Origin: Gammaproteobacteria bacterium
GTDB lineage: Bacteria > Pseudomonadota > Gammaproteobacteria > CBDBNL01 > JAAOII01
DNA length: 64,000 nt
NCBI GenBank assembly: GCA_965209035.1
Contig: OZ242372.1
Location: forward strand, 1,632,001 to 1,696,000
Reading direction: 5' to 3'
The notes beneath the pieces were generated by a model, which was not told where the DNA came from, made no database searches, and saw only the letters and a program-made list of their open reading frames with translations. Below, piece after piece: positions 36,439 to 47,166 of this stretch (position 1 is the stretch's first letter; every line of letters starts with the position of its first letter). Both the position numbers and the translations under genes were made by a program.

Positions 36439-38235
36439 TTATTTTCGATTGCCGGTTGTCAGCAGAGTGACGAATGCTTCCGGTGGCAGTTCCACATTGC
36501 CAATTTTCTTCATTCGCTTCTTGCCGCGTTTTTGCTTTTCCAACAGCTTGCGTTTGCGGGTCACATCGCCGCCGTAGCATTTCGCGGTTACATTTTTTCG
36601 CAGCGCGGCGACAGTGGTGCGCGCAATGATTTTGGCGCCGACCGCCGCTTGGATGGCGACCGTAAAGAGTTGTCTGGGAATAATTTCTTTGAGTTTTTCC
36701 GCATAGACTCTGCCCAAACTTTCCGCCTGGCTCGCATGCACCAAACGCGAGAGAGCATCCACAGGTTGTCCGTTAACCAGAATATCCATTTTCACCAATT
36801 TTACTTGCTTGTAGTCGCCCAATTTATAGTCCATAGACGCATAGCCGCTGGTAGCCGAATTGAGGCGGTCAAAGAAGTTGACCATCAGTTCGCCCAAAGG
36901 CAGTTCGTATTCCACTGTGATCTGGTCGGTATGTCTGCGGATGCTGCGTTGGGTGCCGCGATACTCTTCACACAGTCCCAGAATTGCGCCCAAATATTCG
37001 GGCCTTGCCAAAATGGTGACTTCCGCCATTGGCTCTTCAATGAAGTCCGTTGCGTTAATGGGAGGCATCTTGTCCGGCGCGTCCACACTTAGGGTTTTGC
37101 CGTTTTTCAGATGCACCCGGTAAACAACATCCGGTGCGGTTGTCAACATGTCCAAATCATACTCGCGCTCCAATCGTTCGCGAATAATGTCCAAGTGAAG
37201 GAGACCCAACAGGCCGAGTCGAAAGCCGGCACCGAGTGCCGCCGAATTAATCGGCTGTTTGGTAAGAGACGCGTCATTGAGAGAGAGGCGATCCAACGCG
37301 TCGCGCAAAGCGGGGAAGCGTTCGGTTTCCGTCGGGAAAAACCCGGCAAAAATGCGCGGCCGGATTCTGCGAAACCCGGGCAGGGCGGGGGTGTTCGGGG
37401 TTGCCGTCAATGTATCGCCGACGGGCGCGCCGTGAATATCTTTGACCGATGCACTGACATAGCCAATTTCTCCGGCCGACAGGGACGCGCGCTTTTCTTT
37501 TTTTGGCGTAAAGATGCCGATCTCTTCGGCACGATGGGCGGTGCCTTTGGAGGCAACAAAAAATCGCTCACCGGCTTTGAGGGTTCCCGATGTGATACGC
37601 ACCAGGGAGATGACGCCTATATAAGGGTTAAACCAAGAGTCTACCACCAGGGCTTGCAATGCGGCCTGCGGATCGCCTTTGGGTGGCGGGATACTGTGAA
37701 TTAATGCTTCCAAAAGGTCAATGATGCCGGTCCCCTTTTTGGCACTGATGCGCGTTGCTCCTTCGCACGCAAGGCCGACCAGGTCTTCTATTTCGCGCTC
37801 AACGCGCTCGGGATCGGCTTGGGGCAGATCGGTTTTGTTGAGAACCGGCAGAACCTCAACTCCCATGTCTACGGCGGCATAGGTATTGGCGAGTGTCTGT
37901 GCTTCCACGCCTTGGGAAGCATCCACCAACAAAATAGCCCCTTCGCAGGCACTGAGAGACCGCGAGACCTCGTAACTGAAGTCCACATGCCCGGGAGTGT
38001 CTATCAAATTAAGGACATAGGTTTTTCCGTTTTTTGCCCGGTAATTTAAACTGACGGTCTGGGCTTTGATCGTGATGCCGCGTTCGCGTTCCAGTTCCAT
38101 GGAATCCAGGACCTGATCGCGCATCTCGCGCTGCGTCAGGCCGCCGCATATTTGGATTAGCCTGTCGGCAAGCGTCGATTTTCCGTGATCAATATGCGCG
38201 ATAATCGCAATATTGCGAATCCGATCGGAGTGCAA
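36439..38235 (-). CDS. lepA: Elongation factor 4
   Basis: [20 protein letters not shown] and [18 protein letters not shown]. Confidence 0.99.
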   Translation of the reverse strand: MHSDRIRNIAIIAHIDHGKSTLADRLIQICGGLTQREMRDQVLDSMELERERGITIKAQTVSLNYRAKNGKTYVLNLIDTPGHVDFSYEVSRSLSACEGAILLVDASQGVEAQTLANTYAAVDMGVEVLPVLNKTDLPQADPERVEREIEDLVGLACEGATRISAKKGTGIIDLLEALIHSIPPPKGDPQAALQALVVDSWFNPYIGVISLVRITSGTLKAGERFFVASKGTAHRAEEIGIFTPKKEKRASLSAGEIGYVSASVKDIHGAPVGDTLTATPNTPALPGFRRIRPRIFAGFFPTETERFPALRDALDRLSLNDASLTKQPINSAALGAGFRLGLLGLLHLDIIRERLEREYDLDMLTTAPDVVYRVHLKNGKTLSVDAPDKMPPINATDFIEEPMAEVTILARPEYLGAILGLCEEYRGTQRSIRRHTDQITVEYELPLGELMVNFFDRLNSATSGYASMDYKLGDYKQVKLVKMDILVNGQPVDALSRLVHASQAESLGRVYAEKLKEIIPRQLFTVAIQAAVGAKIIARTTVAALRKNVTAKCYGGDVTRKRKLLEKQKRGKKRMKKIGNVELPPEAFVTLLTTGNRK

Positions 38236-38268
38236 CCCGGAATGTGGCTGTTCGCAAAAAATATTCTT

Positions 38269-38787
38269 TTACGAACGAATGGATTTTTCTATGACGGAAA
38301 GTGCCGTTGCCTTGTCCGCCCACTTGTCAATTTTCACCCACTTTTCTTTTTCCAACTTCTTGTAGTTTTCAAAAAAATGCTCTATTTGGTTGCGAAGAAG
38401 CGCGGGCACTTGATCAATGTCTTTGATGTCATCATACGCGACGGTCAGTTTTGGATGTGCACATGCAATGATCTTGGCATCCGTGCCGGCTTCATCCGCC
38501 ATTTGCAAAATGCCTACCGGTCGGCTGCGTACAACAGCGCCCGCAATGACGGGGTGCGGCGTAATGACCAGCACATCAAGGGGGTCGCCGTCCTCGGACA
38601 TGGTGCCGGGGATGTAGCCGTAGTTTGCCGGATAGGACATGCTGACCGGCATGAATCGGTCCACGGTGATGGCATCCGTGTCCTTGTCAATTTCGTATTT
38701 AACCGGTGCCGAATGCGCGGGGATTTCAATGATGACATTAAGGTCTTCCGGCGGTGCGGCACCGGGCGAGATATTGTTGTAAGACAT
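38269..38787 (-). CDS. ppa: Inorganic pyrophosphatase (family I)
   Basis: KYEIDK, YPANYG, DGDPLDV and HFFENYK. Confidence 0.98.
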   Translation of the reverse strand: MSYNNISPGAAPPEDLNVIIEIPAHSAPVKYEIDKDTDAITVDRFMPVSMSYPANYGYIPGTMSEDGDPLDVLVITPHPVIAGAVVRSRPVGILQMADEAGTDAKIIACAHPKLTVAYDDIKDIDQVPALLRNQIEHFFENYKKLEKEKWVKIDKWADKATALSVIEKSIRS

Positions 38788-38826
38788 TTTTTATTTGCAG
38801 GAAATGGAGATTTTATTTTATAAAAT

Positions 38827-40080
38827 TTATGAATACTTGCCAAAAAGAATACTGCTGTTTGTGCCGCCAAAACCGAAACTGTTACTCAGGACCCGGTTGA
38901 TGTTGACATCGCGAATCGTTTCTTTGGCAAGCCGCAGATCCGGTATGTTAAAGTTTTCCGTGTTGAGGTTGCCGGCAATAAAGTTGTTTGCCATCATCAG
39001 TAACGAATAAATACATTCGTGCACACCGGCCGCGCCCAAAGCATGACCTGTCAGTGATTTTGTCGCGCCAATATAAGGTTTGTGTTTGCCAAATACTTCT
39101 CTGATTGCATCCAATTCCACGCCGTCGCCGGCCGGGGTGGCAGTGGCGTGTGCGTTAATGTAATCCGTCGTTTCGGTGGCAATCTGTCCTTCTTTATTTT
39201 GCAGAGCGTTACGCATACAGCGGACAGCGCCTTCGCCGGACGGCGAGACCATACTTTCGGGGTTACCATCCGAATTGGCTCCGTAGCTGATAACTTCCGC
39301 GTAAATAGGGGCATTCCTGCGACGGGCATGCTCCAATTCTTCCAACACCAAAAAACCGCCGCCGCCGGACATGACAAATCCGTCGCGATCCGTGTTCCAG
39401 GGACGGGATGCTTTCTCGGGTGTGTCATTAAACCCCGAGGAGAGCGCGCCCATACCGTCAAACAGACAGGAAGTTGTCCAGTGTTCTTCTTCGCCGCCGC
39501 CGGCAAAAACGATGTCTTGATTTCCCAAACGAATCTGATCCGTTCCCATGGAGATACAATGTGCCGAGGTGGAACAAGCGGAACTCACCGACATATTCAA
39601 CCCTTTAATAGCGAAAGGAGACGCCAGACATGCCGATACGGTGCTTCCCATGCATTTGGTGACCCGATAGGGTCCCAGTCTCTTAATGCCTTTGTTACGC
39701 AGAATGTCGGCCGCTTCTACCTGGGTTGCGGATGAGGCGCCGCCCGAACCGGCGATGAGGCCGGTTTGCGGATTGGAAACATGCGATGCGTCGAGTTTGG
39801 CATCTTCAATGGCTTGTTGTAATGCGAGATAGGCAAAAATAGCCGCATCGGCCATAAAACGCAGGTGTTTGCGTGCGATATGCATTGAAGCATCCACAGG
39901 AGGAATGCTGCCGCTAACCCAACTGCGCATTCCCATTTCTTTGTAGGTCGGGTTGAACGAAATACCGGATTTGGATTCTTGTAATGATTTTAGAACTTCT
40001 TTGATGCTGAGTCCGATACTGGAGATAATCCCCATACCGGTGACCACCACGCGCCGCAGATGAAGTGTTTTAGAGTTCAT
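38827..40080 (-). CDS. fabB: Beta-ketoacyl-ACP synthase I
   Basis: [31 protein letters not shown] and SNSFGFGG; coupled to fabA. Confidence 0.96.
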   Translation of the reverse strand: MNSKTLHLRRVVVTGMGIISSIGLSIKEVLKSLQESKSGISFNPTYKEMGMRSWVSGSIPPVDASMHIARKHLRFMADAAIFAYLALQQAIEDAKLDASHVSNPQTGLIAGSGGASSATQVEAADILRNKGIKRLGPYRVTKCMGSTVSACLASPFAIKGLNMSVSSACSTSAHCISMGTDQIRLGNQDIVFAGGGEEEHWTTSCLFDGMGALSSGFNDTPEKASRPWNTDRDGFVMSGGGGFLVLEELEHARRRNAPIYAEVISYGANSDGNPESMVSPSGEGAVRCMRNALQNKEGQIATETTDYINAHATATPAGDGVELDAIREVFGKHKPYIGATKSLTGHALGAAGVHECIYSLLMMANNFIAGNLNTENFNIPDLRLAKETIRDVNINRVLSNSFGFGGTNSSILFGKYS

Positions 40081-40576
40081 TGAATAATCCCACTCTGATG
40101 TCTTCGGCAATATATACCTTTTTTTCATCCGCATAGACTTCGCCACCGGCAATGCCGAGCACGCGCCTGCGCTGGATTGCTTTTTTGAGCGAAAGGTGAT
40201 AGGTCACCGTTTTGGTTTCCGGCAGAATCTGCCCGTAAAACTTCACTTGGCCGCAACCCAATGCCCGGCCGCGTCCTTTGTTACCGAGCCAGGCAAGGTA
40301 AAAGCCGAGAAGTTGCCATAAGGCATCCAGCCCCAGACAACCGGGCATGACGGGATCCTTGTGAAAATGGCATTGAAAGAACCAGAGATCCGGCCGAATA
40401 TCCAACTCGGCTTTTACTTCGCCCGAGTTGTATATACCGCCGGTTTCGCTGATGTGGGTGATGCGGGTCACCATCAGCATATTCGGCAAAGGTAACTGTG
40501 CGTTGCCGAGCCCAAATAGATCGCCTTTGGCACAACGGATCAGGTCCTCGTAAGAATAGGAAGGCTGTTGTTTCAT
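40070..40576 (-). CDS. fabA: 3-hydroxydecanoyl-ACP dehydratase/isomerase
   Basis: [17 protein letters not shown][12 protein letters not shown] and GRGRALG. Confidence 0.97.
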   Translation of the reverse strand: MKQQPSYSYEDLIRCAKGDLFGLGNAQLPLPNMLMVTRITHISETGGIYNSGEVKAELDIRPDLWFFQCHFHKDPVMPGCLGLDALWQLLGFYLAWLGNKGRGRALGCGQVKFYGQILPETKTVTYHLSLKKAIQRRRVLGIAGGEVYADEKKVYIAEDIRVGLFNEL

Positions 40577-40613
40577 ATCCTTTTATTTTACACCAAGTGC
40601 ATAAGATGTTTGT

Positions 40614-41441
40614 ATGCGGTTTCGTTTCTCGCTATTAATCACGGTTTATAAAGGCGTTTGTGCCGAATGGTTGGATGCCTGTCTTGCCAGTGTCCGTTCT
40701 CAGACCTTGCCGCCGGACCAATTGGTCCTTGTTCAGGACGGTGAACTGCCGGATGAAAGCGAACGAGTCATCGGTGCCTATCATTCCGTCTTGCCGGTTC
40801 TTTGGGTTCGCAAAAAGGGGCCGGAAGGAGCCGGTGCCGCGGCGAACTTTGGTTTGAAGCATTGCAAACATCCCTGGATTGCCAGACTGGATGCGGATGA
40901 TCTGGCAATGAGCGGACGATTTGAGTTGCAAGCGGACTACTTGCGCCGACATCCCGAAACGGATGTGTTGAGCGGCTACTTGACGGAATACTCCCGGCCG
41001 GGCGAGACGAACGACGGTCGCTTGCGTCTTGTGCCGACGGAACATAAAGCAATTGCCCGTATGATGCAATATCGCTGTCCGATTAACAATCCTTGCGTTA
41101 TGCTGCGCGCCGCCAAAGTGCGGGAAGCCGGGGGCTACGAATCACTTCAAACACATGAAGACTATCTGCTATGGGTGAAAATGCTGACATTGGGATGTCG
41201 GTTTGCAAATCTGCCGCACTCGTTGGTCAGCATGCGGATGAATACCGGGGGCTTAAAAAGAAGGCAAGGTCTTTATGCGATACGCCAAGAATACAAGTTT
41301 CAGCGGACTTTATTGAAAAGAAAGTACATTTCTTTGCCGGGCTTTCTGCGAAATCTCCCGCTCAGATTGCTGCCGAGACTGCTGCCGATTTTTCTGCTCA
41401 GTCGTTTTTATTCTTATTTCCTGAGAAAAAAGATATCTTAG
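40614..41441 (+). CDS. Glycosyltransferase family 2 (AmsE-like)
   Basis: FSLLITVYK, VQDG, ARLDADD and EDYLLW. Confidence 0.9.
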   Translation: MRFRFSLLITVYKGVCAEWLDACLASVRSQTLPPDQLVLVQDGELPDESERVIGAYHSVLPVLWVRKKGPEGAGAAANFGLKHCKHPWIARLDADDLAMSGRFELQADYLRRHPETDVLSGYLTEYSRPGETNDGRLRLVPTEHKAIARMMQYRCPINNPCVMLRAAKVREAGGYESLQTHEDYLLWVKMLTLGCRFANLPHSLVSMRMNTGGLKRRQGLYAIRQEYKFQRTLLKRKYISLPGFLRNLPLRLLPRLLPIFLLSRFYSYFLRKKIS

Positions 41442-41443
41442 CC

Positions 41444-43366
41444 CTAAGGTTTTTTTGCGGTTTTTTTCTCGACTTTTTGCAGCCTGCCGAGTAATTGTTG
41501 AAACTCTTTGTTTTTTAGCAGTTGTCGATAAGCACCCTGCGCGTTTAACCTCCCATTTTTTAGAAAGAACAAGGTATCGCAGTGGCGAATACTTTCTATG
41601 CGATGAGTTACAAAAATAATAGTTTCGTTTTGCAGGGCATCCCAAAGACGCCCCAGTATGATTGCTTCGGTCTTTTTATCCAAAGCGGAGGTTGCCTCGT
41701 CCAGAATGAGCACCCGCGGCTTGTAGTAGAGGGCACGGGCGATGACAAGGCGTTGGCGTTGACCGCCACTGAGGTTTTTACCCGCTTCTTCGAGCGAAGT
41801 TTGCGCACCTTGTTTCAATTCGGCAACAAACTCGTCCGCGGCCGCAAGATACAGAGATTCCTTTAAGCGCGTTTGATTGATGTTTGTTGCATCTTCTTCC
41901 ATCGCAATATTGCAAGCAATACTGTTGTTTAATAAGAAAATATTTTGAGACACATAACCGAGAGAATCGCGCCATCGACGCAGACGTTTTTCCGTATTAA
42001 TTGAAATGTCATCAATCAAAATATTGCCTTGGTTCGGTATAAGAGATCCGGTCAGAATACGAAGGAGGGTTGTCTTGCCACTGCCGGATTCGCCGCAGAT
42101 ACCCACTTTTTGCCCGGCTTTGATCTCCAAACTTACATCATTCAGCGCCGCGGACTGCTTATTTTGTTTTGATATGTATTTGTGTGAGATGCGATGCATG
42201 CGGATGCCGGTCTTAATCCGATAGGGATTTCCGCTTTTTTCTGACGGTGAAATTTTTTGAGAAAGGGCGGGAAGCAACACATCGGACATTGCGTCATAAG
42301 CAATCACACCGGCACGCATGCCCGTATATATCTGGAACAATTCATTGACACGCGGCATCATGCGGTAAAGAACCAACAGAAAGACGGTGAACACACTCAG
42401 ATCCACTTCATTGGTCACGAAAATCAGTGCTATGACACTTAGGACGGTCATCGTATAGATCAAAAATTCACTGATCGGCGCAAACAGCGTACCGATGATA
42501 CCGAGCCGAAAATTCGCGTGCGCAATCGCTTGATTGGATTGATTGTATGCCCCAATAAAAGCCTTTTCTTTGCCCATGATTTGGATGTCCTCTTTGGCGC
42601 CGAGACTCTCCAAAGTTTGCATCATGCGTTTGCGTGTATTTCTGTCTTTGCTGTGACTGGCACTTATGATTCTTTTGCGCACAAAATAGATTCCTATAAG
42701 AAGGAATAAGAAAAGAGGCATGAGGAGAAGAAAGAGCACCGGCGGGCTGGATAAGACAATAATAACAATACCGGCGAGAATAAAAACCAGAGCATTGGCC
42801 AATCTAAAAACAGGATTAACAAAATTTGCAAGGATCGCCGGCATTCTTGATGTTATATTGACGGTGACACTCGCCGCGGAATGGTCCGATTGGATTTCTT
42901 GATCGCGCTTACAAATGTAATAGGTAAAGAGCTTGTTGGTGTAATAAAGGATCAGTTGTCGGTTGATATTGGCTATGAAGTAACTGGCACCTACGGATGC
43001 CGTGCGTGCTATCAACAAAGCGACCACGGAGAGAATACCCAAAACGATTGTAAAATTGAAGGAAGTATACGAAGTTACAAACTCATAAAGTGCGCTGATG
43101 TACTTATTTTGGAGTGTTTTTTCCGGCGAAGCCAGATAATTAACGAAGGGAATAATGGCAAGCGTGCCAACCAGGTAAATTAGGCTATTGATGATGGAAA
43201 GTGCTTGCATCACGAACAATTTGAGACGCATGCGGGGGTCCAGCGAGATCATGAAAAAGTAAAAACGTCGGCTGTAGTTGTAGAGCGAAGCCCATCTTTT
43301 TAGCAGAGGGGTGATCGTCTTACGCATCAAGCGATGCTCGTGCGGTTGTTTCTTTTTTGGAGGCAT
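41444..43366 (-). CDS. ABC transporter fused permease/ATPase (PglK/HetA-like glycan exporter)
   Basis: N-terminal TM domain, GESGSGKTT, LSGGQRQR and ILDEATSALD. Confidence 0.88.
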   Translation of the reverse strand: MPPKKKQPHEHRLMRKTITPLLKRWASLYNYSRRFYFFMISLDPRMRLKLFVMQALSIINSLIYLVGTLAIIPFVNYLASPEKTLQNKYISALYEFVTSYTSFNFTIVLGILSVVALLIARTASVGASYFIANINRQLILYYTNKLFTYYICKRDQEIQSDHSAASVTVNITSRMPAILANFVNPVFRLANALVFILAGIVIIVLSSPPVLFLLLMPLFLFLLIGIYFVRKRIISASHSKDRNTRKRMMQTLESLGAKEDIQIMGKEKAFIGAYNQSNQAIAHANFRLGIIGTLFAPISEFLIYTMTVLSVIALIFVTNEVDLSVFTVFLLVLYRMMPRVNELFQIYTGMRAGVIAYDAMSDVLLPALSQKISPSEKSGNPYRIKTGIRMHRISHKYISKQNKQSAALNDVSLEIKAGQKVGICGESGSGKTTLLRILTGSLIPNQGNILIDDISINTEKRLRRWRDSLGYVSQNIFLLNNSIACNIAMEEDATNINQTRLKESLYLAAADEFVAELKQGAQTSLEEAGKNLSGGQRQRLVIARALYYKPRVLILDEATSALDKKTEAIILGRLWDALQNETIIFVTHRIESIRHCDTLFFLKNGRLNAQGAYRQLLKNKEFQQLLGRLQKVEKKTAKKP

Positions 43367-43422
43367 GTTGGATTTGATTTACGGATTTTTAGGGATTAAT
43401 GATTAATATAGCATAATGAACG

Positions 43423-44469
43423 GTGATGGAGAACATTTTGCCGGCACATAAGACCGAGAATATACATACGCACGGAGATACGGGTGTCAAGGTTTCGCCG
43501 CCCGCTTTTCAACCGGTTAGTATTGCGCCTATGATGCGATATTCCACACCGCAAATGCGTTATTTGTGGCGACAATTATGCAAGGACTGCCTCCTGTATA
43601 CGGAAATGCAACCAAGTGCGGCCCTGGTCGGCGAGCGGGGCAAACAGAGACTCCAATTTCATTCATGTGAAAAACCGCTTGCTTTACAGGTTGCCGGACA
43701 TGACCCGGTCACCTTGGCGCACTGTGCCCGTTTGGCGAGCCGGGCAAATTATGACGAGATTAATTTCAACATGGGTTGCCCCAGCGAAAGTGCTTCGGTC
43801 GGTTGTTTCGGTGCCGCCTTGATGAAAAACAAATCGCTTGCCACAAATTGTGTGCGTTCTATGGTGCGTGCAAGCGATATACCGGTGAGTGTCAAGATGC
43901 GCACCGGGATAGACGAATTGGATGATTTGCAATACTTGGCATCTCTGATCGAAGATCTGGTTGCCGCCGGCACGGCCAAGGTGATCATTCATGCACGCAA
44001 AGCCGTTTTGGGCGGCTTGAGTCCCAAACAAAACAGGACTGTTCCTCCTCTTCAACCGGAGAGAGTGTATGCCCTCAAAAAAATATTCCCGGATACGCCC
44101 ATTATTCTTAACGGTGGCCTGCGGGATATGGACTCGGTGCGGATTGCCTTAAAGCGAACGGACGGCGTGATGATCGGTCGCATTGCCTACGAAGATCCGA
44201 TGTTTCTGGGTGAGCTGGCAAAGAATATTTATGCCAAATCCGCGCGGGTTTCTCGATACGCACTGTTGGAAAAAGTTTTGGATTACGCCAATGAACGATG
44301 GCAACTGGGCGAACCGTTCCATCGCACCGGCAAACATTTACTTAATCTCTATAAAGGCACTCCGGGCGGGAAAGGATTTCGGCGTTACCTGACTCGGCGT
44401 ATGCAACAACAAGACAGGCCGCCTTCTATGGAAGAACTTTCGCCTCACTTGCCGGCTGCCGGACTTTGA
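43423..44469 (+). CDS. dusA: tRNA-dihydrouridine synthase A
   Basis: IAPMM, LLYTEM, NMGCPS, HARKA-x-L-x-GLSPKQNR and GVMIGR. The start is uncertain. Confidence 0.92.
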   Translation: MMENILPAHKTENIHTHGDTGVKVSPPAFQPVSIAPMMRYSTPQMRYLWRQLCKDCLLYTEMQPSAALVGERGKQRLQFHSCEKPLALQVAGHDPVTLAHCARLASRANYDEINFNMGCPSESASVGCFGAALMKNKSLATNCVRSMVRASDIPVSVKMRTGIDELDDLQYLASLIEDLVAAGTAKVIIHARKAVLGGLSPKQNRTVPPLQPERVYALKKIFPDTPIILNGGLRDMDSVRIALKRTDGVMIGRIAYEDPMFLGELAKNIYAKSARVSRYALLEKVLDYANERWQLGEPFHRTGKHLLNLYKGTPGGKGFRRYLTRRMQQQDRPPSMEELSPHLPAAGL

Positions 44470-44471
44470 AA

Positions 44472-44855
44472 TCACTTGCGTTGCAAATGTAACGCGGCCG
44501 AATTAATGCAATATCTTAATCCGGTGGGTTTCGGTCCGTCCGGAAATACATGTCCCAGGTGAGCGTCACACTTTGCACAACAGACCTCTGTTCGCTTCAT
44601 AAACAAACGCGTGTCTTCTTTTTCTTTGATAGCTGCCGGTGCGCCGGGCCGATAAAAACTCGGCCAGCCGGTGCCGGAATCATACTTGGTTGCCGAAGAA
44701 AACAAAGGGGCGGAACAACAGACGCATTCATAGGTGCCGGCATCTTTACAGTTCCAATAGGCACCGCTAAACGGCGGCTCTGTCCCGCCTTTTCGGGTAA
44801 CATTAAATACTTCCGGACTCAGAGTCTCGCGCCATTTTTTCTCGGATTTCTGCAT
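44472..44855 (-). CDS. msrB: Peptide-methionine (R)-S-oxide reductase
   Basis: [24 protein letters not shown] and RYCINS. Confidence 0.97.
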   Translation of the reverse strand: MQKSEKKWRETLSPEVFNVTRKGGTEPPFSGAYWNCKDAGTYECVCCSAPLFSSATKYDSGTGWPSFYRPGAPAAIKEKEDTRLFMKRTEVCCAKCDAHLGHVFPDGPKPTGLRYCINSAALHLQRK

Positions 44856-44906
44856 ACGATTATTATAATATGGAAGTATGCTATTTGTTTTTTTCAAACT
44901 TAATGT

Positions 44907-45572
44907 ATGCCGGCGGGCGTAGGCATGACATCGGCACGCACTCGCGTCCGTTTGATTGACAGTCTGCGCCGTCTGGGTATTGCCAACGAGGAGATCTTAA
45001 GTGCCATGTCCGAATTGCCGCGCCATGTTTTTGTGGAAGATGCCATTCACGACAGAGCCTATGAGAACATCCCGCTTCCAATCGGGCACGGTCAGACCAT
45101 CTCACAACCCTATACGGTGGCACGGATGACAGAAATTCTGTTGGCGGGGATTGAAAGTGTCGGCGGTGAGCGCAACAAAGTATTGGAGGTCGGCTGCGGC
45201 TGCGGTTACCAGGCGGCCTTGTTATCTTATTTTTTTAAGGAAGTTTATGCGATAGAGCGTATTGTCTTCTTATTGGAAAAAGCAAGGAAACATTTTCAAT
45301 TTTTGAAGTTATCCAATATATATACCAACTATGCGGACGGGAACCTTGGCTGGGTATCCGCGGCACCGTTTGACGGTGTGATGATTTCCGCCGCAACCGG
45401 AGTTTTTCCGAATATGTTACTCGGGCAAATGCGGGAGCAATCCGCGGCGGTATTCCCGTTCGGCGAAAAGTCCCGTCAGAAGATTCGCCTTTTAACGCGC
45501 GCAGGCGAGCAACAACAAACAAATGATTATGACGGGGTCTTATTTGTCCCGCTACTTCCGGGTAAGGAATAA
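44907..45572 (+). CDS. pcm: Protein-L-isoaspartate O-methyltransferase
   Basis: [33 protein letters not shown] and FVPL. Confidence 0.96.
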   Translation: MPAGVGMTSARTRVRLIDSLRRLGIANEEILSAMSELPRHVFVEDAIHDRAYENIPLPIGHGQTISQPYTVARMTEILLAGIESVGGERNKVLEVGCGCGYQAALLSYFFKEVYAIERIVFLLEKARKHFQFLKLSNIYTNYADGNLGWVSAAPFDGVMISAATGVFPNMLLGQMREQSAAVFPFGEKSRQKIRLLTRAGEQQQTNDYDGVLFVPLLPGKE

Positions 45573-45583
45573 CAAACGGGCGC

Positions 45584-46444
45584 GTGAAAAAAAACACACT
45601 TTTGTATGTCAAAGGGATTTTTATCGGTTTGGCGGACCTGGTCCCGGGGGTTTCCGGCGGCACAATTGCGTTACTAACCGGAATCTATCCCAGATTGATC
45701 GGTGCCTTGGCAAAAGCGGATCTGTTTTTGCCGCTCTCGCTGTTTTCCGCGGATAAGCGAAAATATTATGATGTTTCCTTTTTACTCTTAATTGGATTGG
45801 GGGTCATCACCGGAATTCTGGGGGGTGTCGGATTAATGCATTATCTTCTGCAAAACTTCTCACCGCCGCTGTTCGCTTTTTTTGGCGGTCTGATTTTGGC
45901 CGCTTTGGTAACGGGTGTGCCGCGAGTTTTGAAGAAAAGTCGTTTTATGTTTGTCTTGGGTCTGGTGGCGGGGATCGGCTTTTCTTTTGCCGTTGGCGTA
46001 TCTTTGGGGTTTCAACCCGTTTTTATTTTTTTGGCGGGAATGCTGGCTGCCTGTGTTATGTTGTTGCCGGGGATTTCCGGAAGTTTTGTGCTTCTTTTAC
46101 TGGGTATATATCGCCCCTTGATAGCAGCGGTTGCCGGTTTTGATTGGATGATCATCTTTGTTTTTGCGGCCGGGGTTCTGCTGGGTATTTTGTCATTTAG
46201 CCGGATCTTGAATGTCCTCATTGCCAGGTATCGGGCGAATACCATGGCGTTGATGCTCGGACTAATGGGCGGCGCCTTGCCGCGTCTCTGGCCCTGGCAA
46301 GCGGAACAAGGGGGAGAGTACTCACTTTTATTGCCGGATTATTATGAGAGTGTTCTTCAACAGCCCGCGTATGTTGTTCCAAGCATTGTTACTTTTTTGT
46401 GCGGTATGCTGGTATTATTTTTTATGGGAAGAAGCGCCGGATGA
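45584..46444 (+). CDS. DUF368 membrane protein (undecaprenyl-phosphate translocase family)
   Basis: Duplicated motif VPGVSGGT / LPGISGS in a polytopic membrane protein. Confidence 0.92.
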   Translation: MKKNTLLYVKGIFIGLADLVPGVSGGTIALLTGIYPRLIGALAKADLFLPLSLFSADKRKYYDVSFLLLIGLGVITGILGGVGLMHYLLQNFSPPLFAFFGGLILAALVTGVPRVLKKSRFMFVLGLVAGIGFSFAVGVSLGFQPVFIFLAGMLAACVMLLPGISGSFVLLLLGIYRPLIAAVAGFDWMIIFVFAAGVLLGILSFSRILNVLIARYRANTMALMLGLMGGALPRLWPWQAEQGGEYSLLLPDYYESVLQQPAYVVPSIVTFLCGMLVLFFMGRSAG

Positions 46445-47151
46445 AACGATTACTTTTTTCTTTTCTCGGGTGCTCGATGTTTTTGATATCCTGTGCCGCC
46501 ACAACCGAAACAGAAACTGTGACCGAAGACAATGTGCGTATTGTCCGGTTAACCCAACCGCCGCGCCCGGCAAAAGAAGTTTCCCGTCCTTTGACACATC
46601 GTGTGAAAAAAAATGAAAATTTGTTTAACATTGCCCGCAAGTATCAATTGGATTATCGCAATCTGGCGGAATGGAATAACATCGAAGGCAATTATGTGAT
46701 CTCGCCGGGACAGGAACTGGTATTGCATCCGAAAAATTCCGAGCACTCCTCGGCGACAGCCCCGGCAGTCGCAGCACCTGCTGCCGCACAACCCGCCCGC
46801 ACATGGCCGGTCAAAGGAACGCCGCGTTACACAAAGAGCGGGGACGGAAAAGGATTATTGTTCCAAACAGGCACTTCCGGTGAAATACTGGCTGCTTTGG
46901 ACGGCTCGGTGGCGTATGTCGGCGACGAACTGGCGGAATACGGAATGATGATTCTTCTGAGTCATGCCGACGGTGTGCTAACCGCTTATGCCCAAAATGT
47001 CCAACCGCTGGTGCGGGAAGGGCAAACCGTTAAGGCCGGCACCAAAATTGCCACGGCGAGTGCAAATAACAAAGGAATTCGTGTCTTTTACTTTGAGGTG
47101 AGAAAATCCGGCAAGGTAGTGAGTGCGACGACTATTCTCCCGAAATCCTAA
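46441..47151 (+). CDS. nlpD: LysM/M23 lipoprotein, NlpD-like
   Basis: Lipobox LISC, LysM domain HRVKKNENLFNIAR...WNNI and degenerate M23 domain (YGMMILLSH, FEVR). It follows pcm. Confidence 0.8.
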   Translation: MKRLLFSFLGCSMFLISCAATTETETVTEDNVRIVRLTQPPRPAKEVSRPLTHRVKKNENLFNIARKYQLDYRNLAEWNNIEGNYVISPGQELVLHPKNSEHSSATAPAVAAPAAAQPARTWPVKGTPRYTKSGDGKGLLFQTGTSGEILAALDGSVAYVGDELAEYGMMILLSHADGVLTAYAQNVQPLVREGQTVKAGTKIATASANNKGIRVFYFEVRKSGKVVSATTILPKS

Positions 47152-47166
47152 CCGCATTTTTTGCCT

